From positions 12,130 to 76,129 of the forward strand of contig CACZAD010000009.1 of the NCBI GenBank assembly GCA_902779055.1: 64,000 nt of DNA, in the 5' to 3' direction. This document shows positions 26,099 through 36,080 of the stretch, in pieces. Under the pieces are notes generated by a model. The model was given only the letters and a program-made list of their open reading frames with translations, ran no database searches and was not told the DNA's origin. Position 1 is the first letter of the stretch, and every line of letters begins with the position of its first letter. The translations under genes and the position numbers were made by a program. Source of the stretch: Fibrobacter succinogenes (GTDB taxonomy: Bacteria; Fibrobacterota; Fibrobacteria; Fibrobacterales; Fibrobacteraceae).

Positions 26099-26668
26099 CT
26101 ACCGCGGAGCATAAATGCGGGACATAAATTCGGCGCGGGTCTTTTCGTCCGTCTTGAAACGGCCAAGGAGCTGCGTCGTGACCATCATGGCCCCCGGCTT
26201 TTTAACGCCGCGCATCGTCATGCACATATGGGAAGCTTCAAGCACCACGGCAACACCCTTCGGCTGCAAAACCTTCTGGATGAGTTCCGCAATCTGTCGC
26301 GTCATGCGTTCCTGGATCTGCGGGAGACGGGCGTAATATTCCACCACGCGCGGGATCTTCGAAAGTCCGACCACGCAATCGCCCGGGATGTAAGCCACGT
26401 GGGCCTTGCCCGTAAACGGCAAGAAGTGGTGTTCGCACATGCTTGCAAACTGGATATCCGGCACGATGATCATTTCATCGTACTTTTCATGGAAGCGAGT
26501 CTTCAGGATATCTTCGGCGCGGGTTTCGCCCGAAAGACTCGTCATGAGTTCAGCATACATCTTAGCGACACGCTTTGGCGTATCGATAAGGCCTTCGCGA
26601 TTCGGGTCTTCACCCATGCCTTCCAGAATCATCCGGAAGCCGTCTTCCATTTTTTTAAAGTCCATCAT
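26099..26668 (-). CDS. folE: GTP cyclohydrolase I
   Basis: [36 protein letters not shown]. Confidence 0.96.
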   Translation of the reverse strand: MMDFKKMEDGFRMILEGMGEDPNREGLIDTPKRVAKMYAELMTSLSGETRAEDILKTRFHEKYDEMIIVPDIQFASMCEHHFLPFTGKAHVAYIPGDCVVGLSKIPRVVEYYARLPQIQERMTRQIAELIQKVLQPKGVAVVLEASHMCMTMRGVKKPGAMMVTTQLLGRFKTDEKTRAEFMSRIYAPR

Positions 26669-26741
26669 GCGTCAGTGGTTTATGGTTAATCGACAAGTCT
26701 GGGACAAGCCCAACAGTACAACGCAAAGATAGCAAAAACCG

Positions 26742-29471
26742 TCAAGGTTGCGACTTGTCCCCATCAGCAACATACAGTGCCTGGACCATCGGATAAAGAT
26801 CCTTAGGGCATTCCACGACGCGACTTGCGACTACGAACCTTTCGTCATAGTAAAAGTCGTTCGTGCCACGTCGTTCCACTTCACGAATATATTCAAAGCA
26901 ATACTGTGTATCCTTATCCTTTTCATCAGACGTCCAGAACAAATTATATCGTGTACGGATTCCTTTCCACATTTGCGCATCTTCGTATTGGCTAATTTCA
27001 ATGGAGCTTTCCAGCGCCGACGATTTCGGAATTATCGTTTCCCATTCCGACACATCGGGAATATGGAATCCAGGCGGGACTTGCAAGCGGGCCTGTTCCA
27101 AAGTCGTAAAGGAGTTTTCCCCATACCTTAGAACATCGACTTCGTCAAGACCGGACATCGTCTGCTTTGCGCAAGGAATCGACTCGTGTATAGTGTTAGG
27201 GCAAGTACTCGATTCGACAACCTGTTCCATCCATTTTTCGTAAAAACCGGTAAAACTCCCGCTCTTGTTTTCTATGGATTCCAAGGTCGTATGTTTTTCC
27301 CCAACCGGCATGCGAACCGTATTTTTCCCATTTACAAGCTGCCATTCATAGCGTTTTCTATCCACAACGACAACTGATTCATACAAGTTCCCGTAATCAT
27401 CGTCATTACTGCGAAAAACGCCCGATCTAAAAATATACCGGACACCATCAAACTCGACTTCGTACATACCGTCACTTGTAAACTTTCCCCCTGCAACATT
27501 CTTCCAGTTGCTCAGGATTCCCTCTACCTTATTTTCTCCAGCGATGAAACGATTAGATGATTCTCCACGATAATTAAACTGCATCCAACGAATTTTTTTA
27601 TGGTTCGCTGATGTTTCGGCACATCCGTACAACGCCTGGTTGGTCTCGTCCCAGAAAAGCGTCGTATTCTCGATACCGGACTTGCAATAGTCTTCAGGAA
27701 CGTCGAGCCTCACTCTCGCCTTGTAGACCTGAACTTCGTAAGGATCCATCTCAGTCCACTTGAAACTCCTGCAGACATAGAATGCATCGTCAATTTCCTT
27801 CACTTCGTCTTCGTTCGATGCATCGCAAAAGAAACCTTGCAACACCGGCGCCACCAATTCGCTATCGGCGGCAGCGCGCCAGTTTTTACCGTTACACACG
27901 TAGTAAAGACCGTCATACGTCTTTATCTCGTCCTTGTTATTCTCTTCACAGACGTCCTTGTGATATTCCGGCAGGGGAGCCGAAAGCCAAGTCCACGCAC
28001 CTGTACCCGACAATTCATAACCGCACTTGAAGGCGCCCAAGCCCTTTTCATAGACGAGTTCACCTTTTCGGGATGACTCGCAAACACCCCACGTATAAAC
28101 CACCTTGTCGGTCTTTTCCCAAAAGCCCGATTTGCAAATGTAGAACGAGTCGCTCACGGCAACGCATTCTTTTTCACGCTTTTCGGTACACTCACCGGCA
28201 CTCTTCTTGACAAGCGCATCCACCGGCGTGTACTTTCCGATACTTTCGTCGGGAACACCCTCTTTCCAGCCGCAATTCTTTTCGTTGGAACACAAGCAAG
28301 TCGCTTCGGACTTATCGTAGGTGACGACTTCGCCCAGCATGTCCTTTGTACATTCTCCATGCAAGAATTTCACGGCTTCCAGCATCGGCACGTTTTCCCA
28401 CTGCATCACCGCAGCATTGCACTTGTAGACCAGTCCATCGTCCACGACCGTCGAATCCTTCAGGCAAAGCCCCAGACGGATTTCCCGGTCATTCAAAGGC
28501 CTCCAGCAGCCGTTCTTTTTTACCATACAGGAATCGCAAACCAGCAATTCCTTGTTGAACGCGCTTTTTTTATTGGCGATTCTCGCCGTATCCCCACGGG
28601 TCGAGACCAGGCACGTCTTAAGCCCATAATAGTCGGCCCACATTTTCGCATAAGGGTAATAGTCTTCCGTAAAGACCGACATTTCATTGACCCACGGGCC
28701 CTTTCCGTTCTTGAACCGAGAATAAAGCGAATCGACGATTTCGTTTTCGTTCACAAAGTTGCGCCACGTATCACTGCCACCAACTGCAGAACGCAACTTT
28801 TCGAATGCCTTGTAGAAATCCTTTCCCGAAGTCGAGACCTCGTACTTGCCATAGATGTAAGGCAACCACCACAAATCTTGCAACGGGGTCGACAGATATT
28901 CCGCCCTGGACTCACAATCCAGCACACGGTATATTTCAAGCAGGGCCTTCTGCTTGGCGCGTTTCAAGTTGAGCTTTTCCTTTTGGACCAGCTTTTTGAC
29001 ACGTTCACTTTCCAGCGCCTCGAAAATGTTCAGAAGCGGGCCAGGATCTTCGTTCAAGTCGACATACTGGACGAATTCCATCTTGTAGCTAGAATTCGAA
29101 AGCACACAGGTGTAGGCAAGCCTGGCATAACCAAAAGGATACTTCGCCTTGTCGGACTCATAAGCATAGGAGCCGTCCGACTTCTTGACAACAGTGGATT
29201 TCACGGCAGAAACCGAATCAAGATTTTCATCAAGAACCGTGACCTTCAAATTCACCGGCACCAGCGAATCTGCCAGCAAAAAGCGGCCTTTCAACGCAAG
29301 GCTGATCTCGGCACTTTTTTCAGATTCGGAGTCCTTACCGTCATCCACCCCGGCCTTGCCATCATTCTCGGGAGCCGTCGAAGGTCCGGATTCAGAGCCA
29401 CAGGCAAAAAGCACTACACAACAGGCAATTGCCAACAGCGATATAAGCCGTTCAAACACGTTCCTGGTCAT
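26742..29471 (-). CDS. Large Cys-rich Fibrobacter-type lipoprotein with degenerate C-terminal FISUMP-like domain
   Basis: GGAGG RBS before ATG 29471; lipobox LFA-C; repeated C...Y/FxC...W units; PPGFHIPDVSEW...FWTSD. Confidence 0.75.
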   Translation of the reverse strand: MTRNVFERLISLLAIACCVVLFACGSESGPSTAPENDGKAGVDDGKDSESEKSAEISLALKGRFLLADSLVPVNLKVTVLDENLDSVSAVKSTVVKKSDGSYAYESDKAKYPFGYARLAYTCVLSNSSYKMEFVQYVDLNEDPGPLLNIFEALESERVKKLVQKEKLNLKRAKQKALLEIYRVLDCESRAEYLSTPLQDLWWLPYIYGKYEVSTSGKDFYKAFEKLRSAVGGSDTWRNFVNENEIVDSLYSRFKNGKGPWVNEMSVFTEDYYPYAKMWADYYGLKTCLVSTRGDTARIANKKSAFNKELLVCDSCMVKKNGCWRPLNDREIRLGLCLKDSTVVDDGLVYKCNAAVMQWENVPMLEAVKFLHGECTKDMLGEVVTYDKSEATCLCSNEKNCGWKEGVPDESIGKYTPVDALVKKSAGECTEKREKECVAVSDSFYICKSGFWEKTDKVVYTWGVCESSRKGELVYEKGLGAFKCGYELSGTGAWTWLSAPLPEYHKDVCEENNKDEIKTYDGLYYVCNGKNWRAAADSELVAPVLQGFFCDASNEDEVKEIDDAFYVCRSFKWTEMDPYEVQVYKARVRLDVPEDYCKSGIENTTLFWDETNQALYGCAETSANHKKIRWMQFNYRGESSNRFIAGENKVEGILSNWKNVAGGKFTSDGMYEVEFDGVRYIFRSGVFRSNDDDYGNLYESVVVVDRKRYEWQLVNGKNTVRMPVGEKHTTLESIENKSGSFTGFYEKWMEQVVESSTCPNTIHESIPCAKQTMSGLDEVDVLRYGENSFTTLEQARLQVPPGFHIPDVSEWETIIPKSSALESSIEISQYEDAQMWKGIRTRYNLFWTSDEKDKDTQYCFEYIREVERRGTNDFYYDERFVVASRVVECPKDLYPMVQALYVADGDKSQP

Positions 29472-29494
29472 GCACCCTCCTCTAAACATCCTCT

Positions 29495-30085
29495 TTAAAC
29501 AAACACGACTTCGTTGCCTACGCGGGGAGATTCCGTGCGGTTCGGGAGTCCCGATTCAGTATCGGCATATCCAATCGCGACAGACGCATAGACACGTTCA
29601 CCTTCCTTGAGGCCAAGCGAACGGAGGTATTCCAAAAGCGTAGGCTCTTCGTTCAGCCACTTGAGCTGATTGATGTAGCAGCTGCCAAGATCCAGTTCGT
29701 TTGCCGCAAGCATCATGTTCTCGACAGCGCAGGCGACATCGGCCATGTTGTTGCCATATTCCTTTTGATTCGCAACAACAATCAGCACCGGAGCGGTATA
29801 GCAGAACGAATAGTTCCCTTTTCGCGAGAGCGTGATGGAATTCTTGAGACTCTTGTAGAGGTCGTCGCGAAGTTCCATCTTTGCAAATGCGGCCTGCACC
29901 AGTTCCTTGAGCTTTGCAATCACGGATGCATCCGAAATCACAAAAAAGTGATTCGTCTGGCAGTTTCCGCCGGTCGGTCCAAAGCGGCCCGCATCAACGA
30001 TGGTCTGTAACTTTTCGAGTTCCACAGCCTGCGACTTGAACTTGCGAGTGCTGCGACGGGTCTTGACAGCTTCGAGAGTATTCAT
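29495..30085 (-). CDS. Nitroreductase family protein
   Basis: TRRSTRKF, GPTGGNCQ, ENMMLAANELDLGSC, AIGY. Confidence 0.9.
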   Translation of the reverse strand: MNTLEAVKTRRSTRKFKSQAVELEKLQTIVDAGRFGPTGGNCQTNHFFVISDASVIAKLKELVQAAFAKMELRDDLYKSLKNSITLSRKGNYSFCYTAPVLIVVANQKEYGNNMADVACAVENMMLAANELDLGSCYINQLKWLNEEPTLLEYLRSLGLKEGERVYASVAIGYADTESGLPNRTESPRVGNEVVFV

Positions 30086-30118
30086 AAAATCATTTCCTTA
30101 TATTGGACAAGTTACAAA

Positions 30119-32140
30119 TTAATCCACTTTCTTTTTGTAGCTGTATTCCATAATCACGTACCTATCCCAGCCATATTTGGCCAAATCGCTCCAGTGAAAC
30201 TTATTAAAGCCGTATTCATAGCCATCTACAGTCACCTCGTACGTGACATTGTCCGTGAAAGAGCCACCGGCGAACAGCTGTTGCGCCTCATCATCCACCG
30301 AGGCCACCTTTATCATCACAATCGATTCCTCGTAGCAGCCATACAAAGCCTCGGCCTCGGGATTCCACCAGATATTCGTTCCTTTCCGGCCATTCTTACA
30401 GGCTACCGTGCTATAGGCGAAATCATAATCGAAAAGCACCTTTTCCTGGATCGTCGCAACGCTCCAGTGAGTCGAACGATGCGGAGTGTTGCTCACCCGG
30501 CCTCGGCAGACAAAGTATTTATCGCCATACCTTTTCATTTCAGCCAAGTTGTTCTCGTCACAGACGTCGCCCTTCACCACCGGCAAAATAACGTCTTCTT
30601 CGGGAACTTCTTCCCACGTTTCATCAACGCAATAAAAATACTTGCCATCATATTTCTTATAGGTCGAGTCCGCACGGTCATCGCACACAAAGCCCATCAC
30701 TTTCGGGATCGTCGAGAGGCTCCAACCTTCAAGACCACATTCATAGTAGTTGCCATCCGGCATTTTCTTGGCCTTTCCAAAATTGTCGCCTGGGCACACC
30801 CCCATATAGTACGTCAGGGAATCTATCGGCATCCATTTGTAGTTGGAACACTGCACATATATGCTGTCCATCAGCTTTGCCTCACCACCGAAGTGGAGTG
30901 GCTCCTCGCATTTGCCATAGCGCTCGGTAGCAAGCACGTTCAAGGATTCAGCATTCAGGGAGTCCCCTTCATAAAGATCCCGGACCACCTTCCATTCACC
31001 CTTGGAATTTTGGACATCGCAAACAAACATCGTGTCGTTGACAAAACCCACCTTGCCGCTGGCATCATTCTTTGAGCAAGTCCCGTACTTGTACAACAGC
31101 AACGTATCACGGTTGGTTTCCTGCATCCATTTATGAGCCCCACGGCGGCAGACATAATCCTTCCCGTCATGTTCCACATAAAGGCCGCCATCATACAAGC
31201 AGGCACCAACGGTATCTTCAAACAGGGTTTGGAAGCGCCAGCTTCCCTCAACCGATTGGTTATAGTGAAAGTCCTCCACCAGCGTTCTTCCGTGGAACTG
31301 ACTGGACTTGTCGTCGATTTCTATCCGCTTTTCCGATTTCTTCAACGCATCCAGTCCGTAAGCCCTCTGGATAAAATTGATGTCAATCGTTTTCATGCCA
31401 ATCGCAGTATCCCTGGACGCGCTTTCGTAAAGACCTTTATAGCCACTCCCCGACGAAGCATCAAAAAACGAAAGCCAGGTATCGGCAGCACGCACCATGA
31501 AAGAACGGTCCACCTTGCCGTTCTTGGCAAAGCTATCGCGGAATTCCTTGAAATCATGATAGAACACACTGTCCGAAACTTCATGGCGGCAAATTAAATA
31601 AGGGAGAACGTCGACCAGATAACCATAACTGAAATTCAAGGTCGTCCCCAGGACATTTTCCAGCTCACGGTATGCCGAATCCACGGCATCGTCAAACTTG
31701 AAATTCTCTTCTTGCACCAAAGTCTTGATACGACCGGCCGCAAGCGCACCATAAAAATGCAGTTTGATATTATCCATATAAGTGGTAAAGCGTGTATACT
31801 GCGCAAGCTCCATTTTCCCCTTTTTCTCTTGCGGGAACACGACCACAATCTTTGCATACGGGTATTCATAGTCATAAGATTTCGTTATGAAATCATAGGA
31901 CGTATAACTGTGTTCCAGAGGCACAACAAAAGAATCCAGAGGATTGAGCTTATCGTCCAAAGCAACAATTCTGACCTCTTCGGGTTTCATAGTCTTAATG
32001 TAAAGGAAATTTCCAGCCAATGATGCCGGCGAAAATTCGCGATCGTTTTCATCGTAGCGCTTGACAATTTCACCATCACCAACAGAACACGAAGTCAAGA
32101 ACGCCAAAACAAGCACCAGAGCAAAATTCAATTTTCCCAT
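30119..32140 (-). CDS. Cys-rich Fibrobacter-type lipoprotein, paralog of 26742-29471
   Basis: Lipobox LTS-C from ATG 32140; shared N-domain (LDDKLNPLDS vs LDENLDSV; YPYAK vs FGYAR) and C...YxC...W repeats. Confidence 0.75.
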   Translation of the reverse strand: MGKLNFALVLVLAFLTSCSVGDGEIVKRYDENDREFSPASLAGNFLYIKTMKPEEVRIVALDDKLNPLDSFVVPLEHSYTSYDFITKSYDYEYPYAKIVVVFPQEKKGKMELAQYTRFTTYMDNIKLHFYGALAAGRIKTLVQEENFKFDDAVDSAYRELENVLGTTLNFSYGYLVDVLPYLICRHEVSDSVFYHDFKEFRDSFAKNGKVDRSFMVRAADTWLSFFDASSGSGYKGLYESASRDTAIGMKTIDINFIQRAYGLDALKKSEKRIEIDDKSSQFHGRTLVEDFHYNQSVEGSWRFQTLFEDTVGACLYDGGLYVEHDGKDYVCRRGAHKWMQETNRDTLLLYKYGTCSKNDASGKVGFVNDTMFVCDVQNSKGEWKVVRDLYEGDSLNAESLNVLATERYGKCEEPLHFGGEAKLMDSIYVQCSNYKWMPIDSLTYYMGVCPGDNFGKAKKMPDGNYYECGLEGWSLSTIPKVMGFVCDDRADSTYKKYDGKYFYCVDETWEEVPEEDVILPVVKGDVCDENNLAEMKRYGDKYFVCRGRVSNTPHRSTHWSVATIQEKVLFDYDFAYSTVACKNGRKGTNIWWNPEAEALYGCYEESIVMIKVASVDDEAQQLFAGGSFTDNVTYEVTVDGYEYGFNKFHWSDLAKYGWDRYVIMEYSYKKKVD

Positions 32141-32192
32141 AATCTTTTCTCCCAGGTTCTTATAAATATACAAACATCACTTTGAACAGACT

Positions 32193-32229
32193 AAAAAAAA
32201 TGCCATTCCAGCCAAAGACCGGAATGGCA
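32193..32229 (-). terminator. Terminator after argA
   Basis: TGCCATTCC...GGAATGGCA stem with T8 on the minus strand. Confidence 0.75.
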
Positions 32230-32274
32230 AAAGATTCGCCCACGCGGATTGCGCCACAGGCAACAACCAAAGTG

Positions 32275-33633
32275 CTACTTGTCCAGCGGATACATCAAGA
32301 TTCTGGACTTGCGCTTCTGATTGTAGTGGTCACGCTTGGAAGGTGGCAGTTCTTCAACGGTACCGTCGATAAATCCAAGCTGGTAGAACCAGTCGAGCGC
32401 CTGCGTCGTGAGCAAGAACAGCGACTTGTAGCCCTTCATCTTGCCAAGTGAAATCAGGTGGCGCACAATCGCTTCGCCAATGCCCGACTTGCGGTAGTTC
32501 GCACCGACGGCAATACCCGCCACTTCGGCCATGTTGTTTTCGAACGCGTGGAGAGCGCCGCAACCGTGAATGCTGTTATCGATGCTGTACACCACGTAGT
32601 CGGCAAGCTTTTCGGAAATGGAGTCCTGCGTACGCGGCACCAGGTAGCCCTTCGCGATGTAGTCCTGCATGATGCGCAAGATATCCGGGATATCTTCGAT
32701 CGTTGCCGGACGGATGCATGAATACTGGTTCGCGTACACCATCGTTCCGTCACCGCGGGCCGAGAATACTTCTTGCAGCACGCTGCCCTGGAATTCACCG
32801 CTCAGCAAGTGCACACGGTTCGCGCCGGCCTCGCAAGCGTTAATGGCGTTCAGCAGGTAATCCATCTGCGCAAAGTCGAGCACGTCCGAATTGAGTTCCA
32901 GAAGTTCCTTGGCCTGGTCCACATCCATAGCCGAAATCAGGCCGTTGTCGGTCGGTTCCAGGTACTTCGTGTTCTTGCCCGTCACAAGGCCTTCAAGCTT
33001 GATACCGCTTTCGCTTCCGATAAAGAAGAGCTTTCCGACCTTGAGGTACTTGCAAAGTTCCGTCGCCAATTCCGTACTCGAAATGTTGTAGGCGTGTCCA
33101 ATCTTGTTCCAGCCAATCGGCGGAATGATCGGCACGAATTTTTCGTTCATCAGCTGTTCCAGGAGGTCGCGCTGGATGCGTTCGATACGGCCGGTGCGCA
33201 TATAATCGACACCGTTAATGACGCCCATGCTGCGGGCCAGAATCCAGTTGCCCTGAATGCCGCTAAGGCCGCTCGCCGTGAGATGGCTCATGATGCGCTG
33301 GGCAACGCCCAAGGATGCCTGCTCCACAAGGGGCAGAGCCTCTTCGCTCGTGAGTCGGACACCGTTATAGAATTCGGTTTCGAGGTCCCAGGCCTTCAAC
33401 TGCGCGTCGATGCTGTTTCGCGTTCCCGGCACAATGATAATGCGGATGCCCGCCTTGTGCAAGAGGGCAATGTCCCGCATCAGCACGGGGAACATCGGAT
33501 GGTCCATCAGGCTATCGTCAATCTTCAAGACGAAAAGCTGCCCCTTGAACCTATCCATATAGCCAAACACTTCCCGGATGAATCCGGCAACTTCGAAGTG
33601 CTGAGAATAAAAATCGGACGCTGCGTTACTCAT
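32275..33633 (-). CDS. argA: Amino-acid N-acetyltransferase (N-acetylglutamate synthase)
   Basis: AAK domain (DIALLH, GVDYMRTG) fused to a GNAT domain (YRKSGIG, FLLTTQALDWF). Confidence 0.92.
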   Translation of the reverse strand: MSNAASDFYSQHFEVAGFIREVFGYMDRFKGQLFVLKIDDSLMDHPMFPVLMRDIALLHKAGIRIIIVPGTRNSIDAQLKAWDLETEFYNGVRLTSEEALPLVEQASLGVAQRIMSHLTASGLSGIQGNWILARSMGVINGVDYMRTGRIERIQRDLLEQLMNEKFVPIIPPIGWNKIGHAYNISSTELATELCKYLKVGKLFFIGSESGIKLEGLVTGKNTKYLEPTDNGLISAMDVDQAKELLELNSDVLDFAQMDYLLNAINACEAGANRVHLLSGEFQGSVLQEVFSARGDGTMVYANQYSCIRPATIEDIPDILRIMQDYIAKGYLVPRTQDSISEKLADYVVYSIDNSIHGCGALHAFENNMAEVAGIAVGANYRKSGIGEAIVRHLISLGKMKGYKSLFLLTTQALDWFYQLGFIDGTVEELPPSKRDHYNQKRKSRILMYPLDK

Positions 33634-33705
33634 GCCATAAAAAGTAGCAACAGAAAAAGCGAAGGACAGAAAGCCCTTCGCGATTTGAACATCAAATAAG
33701 GTTTT

Positions 33706-34578
33706 TTATTTGGGCTGTGCGACAGAACCCTTTGCCGGAACGACCGTCGAGCCCGCAGGGACATCGGCATAGACCTGCAACAGTTCCACTTCGAACACCA
33801 AAAGCGAATTCGACGGGATGCTGGGAGGTGCGCCCGCTTCGCCATAGGCAAGCTCGCTCGGGATCCACGCCTTCACCTTCTCGCCGACATTCATCTCCAA
33901 AAGCAAGTCCTGCCAGCCTTCGATCACGGCCGTCACCGGAAATTCCATCGGTGCGCCACGCTTGACGCTGTTGTCAAATTCGGTTCCGTCAAGGAGCGTG
34001 CCCACGTAATGCACCTGGACCTTGTCCGACGATCTCGGCTTGATGCCCGTACCTTCCTTGAGTACGACATACTGCACGCCCTTCGTCGTGACCTTCACAT
34101 TCGGTTCCTGGATGTTCTTGGACAAAAACGCCACCTGGTCGGCAAGGGACTTGCGGGCCGCAGCGGCATCGTCAATTTCTTTCTGCTTCTGCATCTGGGC
34201 AAGCAAATCCTGAAGCGCGACTTCGGAAGCCGAATCCGTCAGCAACACCTCACGGCTGGAATCGATGACATCATGCATGGCGCTAATCAGGACTTCGAGC
34301 CTGACCGGGACATTGATGTTGGCGACGGCACGGCCAAAGTCAAGACCCAGCGCATAGCTGTAACGGTCGACCGCATTGTCCAAAAACACCGATTGCTCGG
34401 TGGCGGGAGCCGGTTCGGGAAGGGGGCTCAGGTCCGGAGCTTCTACAGGAGCGTTTTTTACCTCGGTAGCGGGAGCTGGAGCGGTCACGGGCTCGACAGC
34501 AGGCGCGGGTTTACCCCCACCGCATGCGACAAGGGCACAACCAACGAAATAAACAGGCAAATGGCGAAAAAAGTTCAT
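33706..34578 (-). CDS. FKBP-type peptidyl-prolyl isomerase (FkpA/Mip-like), lipoprotein
   Basis: Lipobox LVA-C; SYALG; VHYVGTLLDGTEFD, VIEGW, IPSELAYG. Confidence 0.92.
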   Translation of the reverse strand: MNFFRHLPVYFVGCALVACGGGKPAPAVEPVTAPAPATEVKNAPVEAPDLSPLPEPAPATEQSVFLDNAVDRYSYALGLDFGRAVANINVPVRLEVLISAMHDVIDSSREVLLTDSASEVALQDLLAQMQKQKEIDDAAAARKSLADQVAFLSKNIQEPNVKVTTKGVQYVVLKEGTGIKPRSSDKVQVHYVGTLLDGTEFDNSVKRGAPMEFPVTAVIEGWQDLLLEMNVGEKVKAWIPSELAYGEAGAPPSIPSNSLLVFEVELLQVYADVPAGSTVVPAKGSVAQPK

Positions 34579-34751
34579 AATAACGCTCCCAGGCAAAAAT
34601 TGTCCTTTAAAAATACCTTTTTATAGCGAAAAAACTCATAAAAATGTGACGAACATCGCTATTTTACTCAAAAAGTAAACAAAAATACACACATACCCTT
34701 TAAAGGAACTTACTTTTTTACTACTTTTGTGCGCAAAGGAAATTAATCCCA

Positions 34752-35003
34752 ATGAAAAACAGCTTTAAGTGTTATATAGATTCCGCGACTGTACACAAAA
34801 AACAGTTCGAAGAATCCGTCAATAGCGTTAAAGATTCCCTTGCCAAGGTCATCACGGAATCTAGCTCGACGGGCTTCAGGAATCAGCTTGCGCTCCAAAA
34901 AGCCGAACCCGCTTACTCCACCGGTTGGCTGAAGGGCGCCCTTTCCTACCCGTGGGCAATCGTAAGCATCATCATTCCCTCGTTCCTCGAAAACATCCTT
35001 TAA
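34752..35003 (+). CDS. Small hypothetical protein (83 aa) with hydrophobic C-terminus
   Basis: Fills the gap, AAGGA upstream, followed by hairpin/T-tracts. Confidence 0.55.
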   Translation: MKNSFKCYIDSATVHKKQFEESVNSVKDSLAKVITESSSTGFRNQLALQKAEPAYSTGWLKGALSYPWAIVSIIIPSFLENIL

Positions 35004-35006
35004 GTC

Positions 35007-35135
35007 TGTCATGCCCGCCACCCAGCGGGCATTGCTTTTTTTAAAGAAATACGCCTTTTTTGCTTTGTCATGCCTGCCACCGAGCAGGCATCTCCTTTTT
35101 TTAGCCGTTCGCCCGCCATCCGCGGGCTTTTTTTT
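35007..35135 (+). repeat. Tandem TGTCA-family hairpins, each followed by a T-tract (terminator-like)
   Basis: TGTCATGCCCGCCACCCAGCGGGCAT, TGTCATGCCTGCCACCGAGCAGGCATCTCC, GCCCGCCATCCGCGGGC, each with T7-T8. Confidence 0.72.
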
Positions 35136-35240
35136 AGCCCCTTCGCCGCCCCTCCCGCATAACGTACTTTTCCTCTAATAAAAAATTTCCCTATAGCGTT
35201 CAGCCTAATTTTTTTTAAATTTGCAAAAAATGGAGATTTT

Positions 35241-36080
35241 ATGGCAGCACTCATTTTAGACGGCAAGGCCCTTGCCAAGACTACCGAAGAAGAACTCAGC
35301 GCCCGCGTGGCAACCCTCAAGGAAAAGACCGGCAAGACCCCGATTCTTGCAACGATCCTCGTGGGCGACGATCCGGCTAGCGCCACTTACGTCAAGATGA
35401 AGGGCAACGCCTGCGCCCGCGTGGGTATGGAAAGCATCCGCGTGGTGATGGACAAGAACACCACGACGCAGGAACTCCTCAATAAGATTCAGGAACTCAA
35501 CGAAAACCCGAACGTGCACGGCATCCTCCTGCAGCACCCGGTTCCGCGCCACATCGACGAACGCGCCGCTTTCGAAGCTATCGACGCCCGCAAGGACGTG
35601 GACGGCGTGACCTGCCTCGGCTTTGGCCGTATGTCCATGGGCGAAAAAGCCTACGGCTGCGCAACGCCGGCCGGCATCATGCGTCTCCTCAAGGCCTATA
35701 ACATTCCTCTCGCAGGGAAGCACGCCGTGGTCGTTGGCCGCAGCGCCATCCTCGGAAAGCCGATGGCCATGATGCTCCTCAACGCCAACTGCACTGTCAC
35801 CATTTGCCACAGCAAGACAGAAAACCTTCCGGAATTCGTGAAGCAGGCCGACATCCTCGTGGGGGCAGTCGGCAAGCCGGAATTCATCAAGAAGTCCTGG
35901 ATCAAGCCGGGCGCAGTCGTCGTGGACGCTGGTTACCATCCGGGTGGCGTCGGCGATATCGAAAAGGGTCTCGAAGAAGTCGCATCCGCATACACCCCGG
36001 TTCCGGGCGGCGTCGGTCCGATGACCATCAACACCCTCATCTACCAGAGCGTGGAATCCGGAGAATCGTTGATCAAGTAA
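35241..36080 (+). CDS. folD: Methylenetetrahydrofolate dehydrogenase/cyclohydrolase
   Basis: [37 protein letters not shown]. Confidence 0.96.
   Translation: MAALILDGKALAKTTEEELSARVATLKEKTGKTPILATILVGDDPASATYVKMKGNACARVGMESIRVVMDKNTTTQELLNKIQELNENPNVHGILLQHPVPRHIDERAAFEAIDARKDVDGVTCLGFGRMSMGEKAYGCATPAGIMRLLKAYNIPLAGKHAVVVGRSAILGKPMAMMLLNANCTVTICHSKTENLPEFVKQADILVGAVGKPEFIKKSWIKPGAVVVDAGYHPGGVGDIEKGLEEVASAYTPVPGGVGPMTINTLIYQSVESGESLIK

Noticed and set aside
35007-35240. Possible folate/ZTP riboswitch upstream of folD
   Set aside because: The hairpins match the dispersed TGTCA repeat family; no THF or ZTP aptamer consensus recognised (an Rfam scan would settle it)
35804-36079. N-terminal extension of the 413-aa ORF overlapping folD
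   Set aside because: The true start is ATG 36080, which gives a signal peptide; upstream extensions of 49305, 47806, 41354 and 11394 were trimmed for similar reasons
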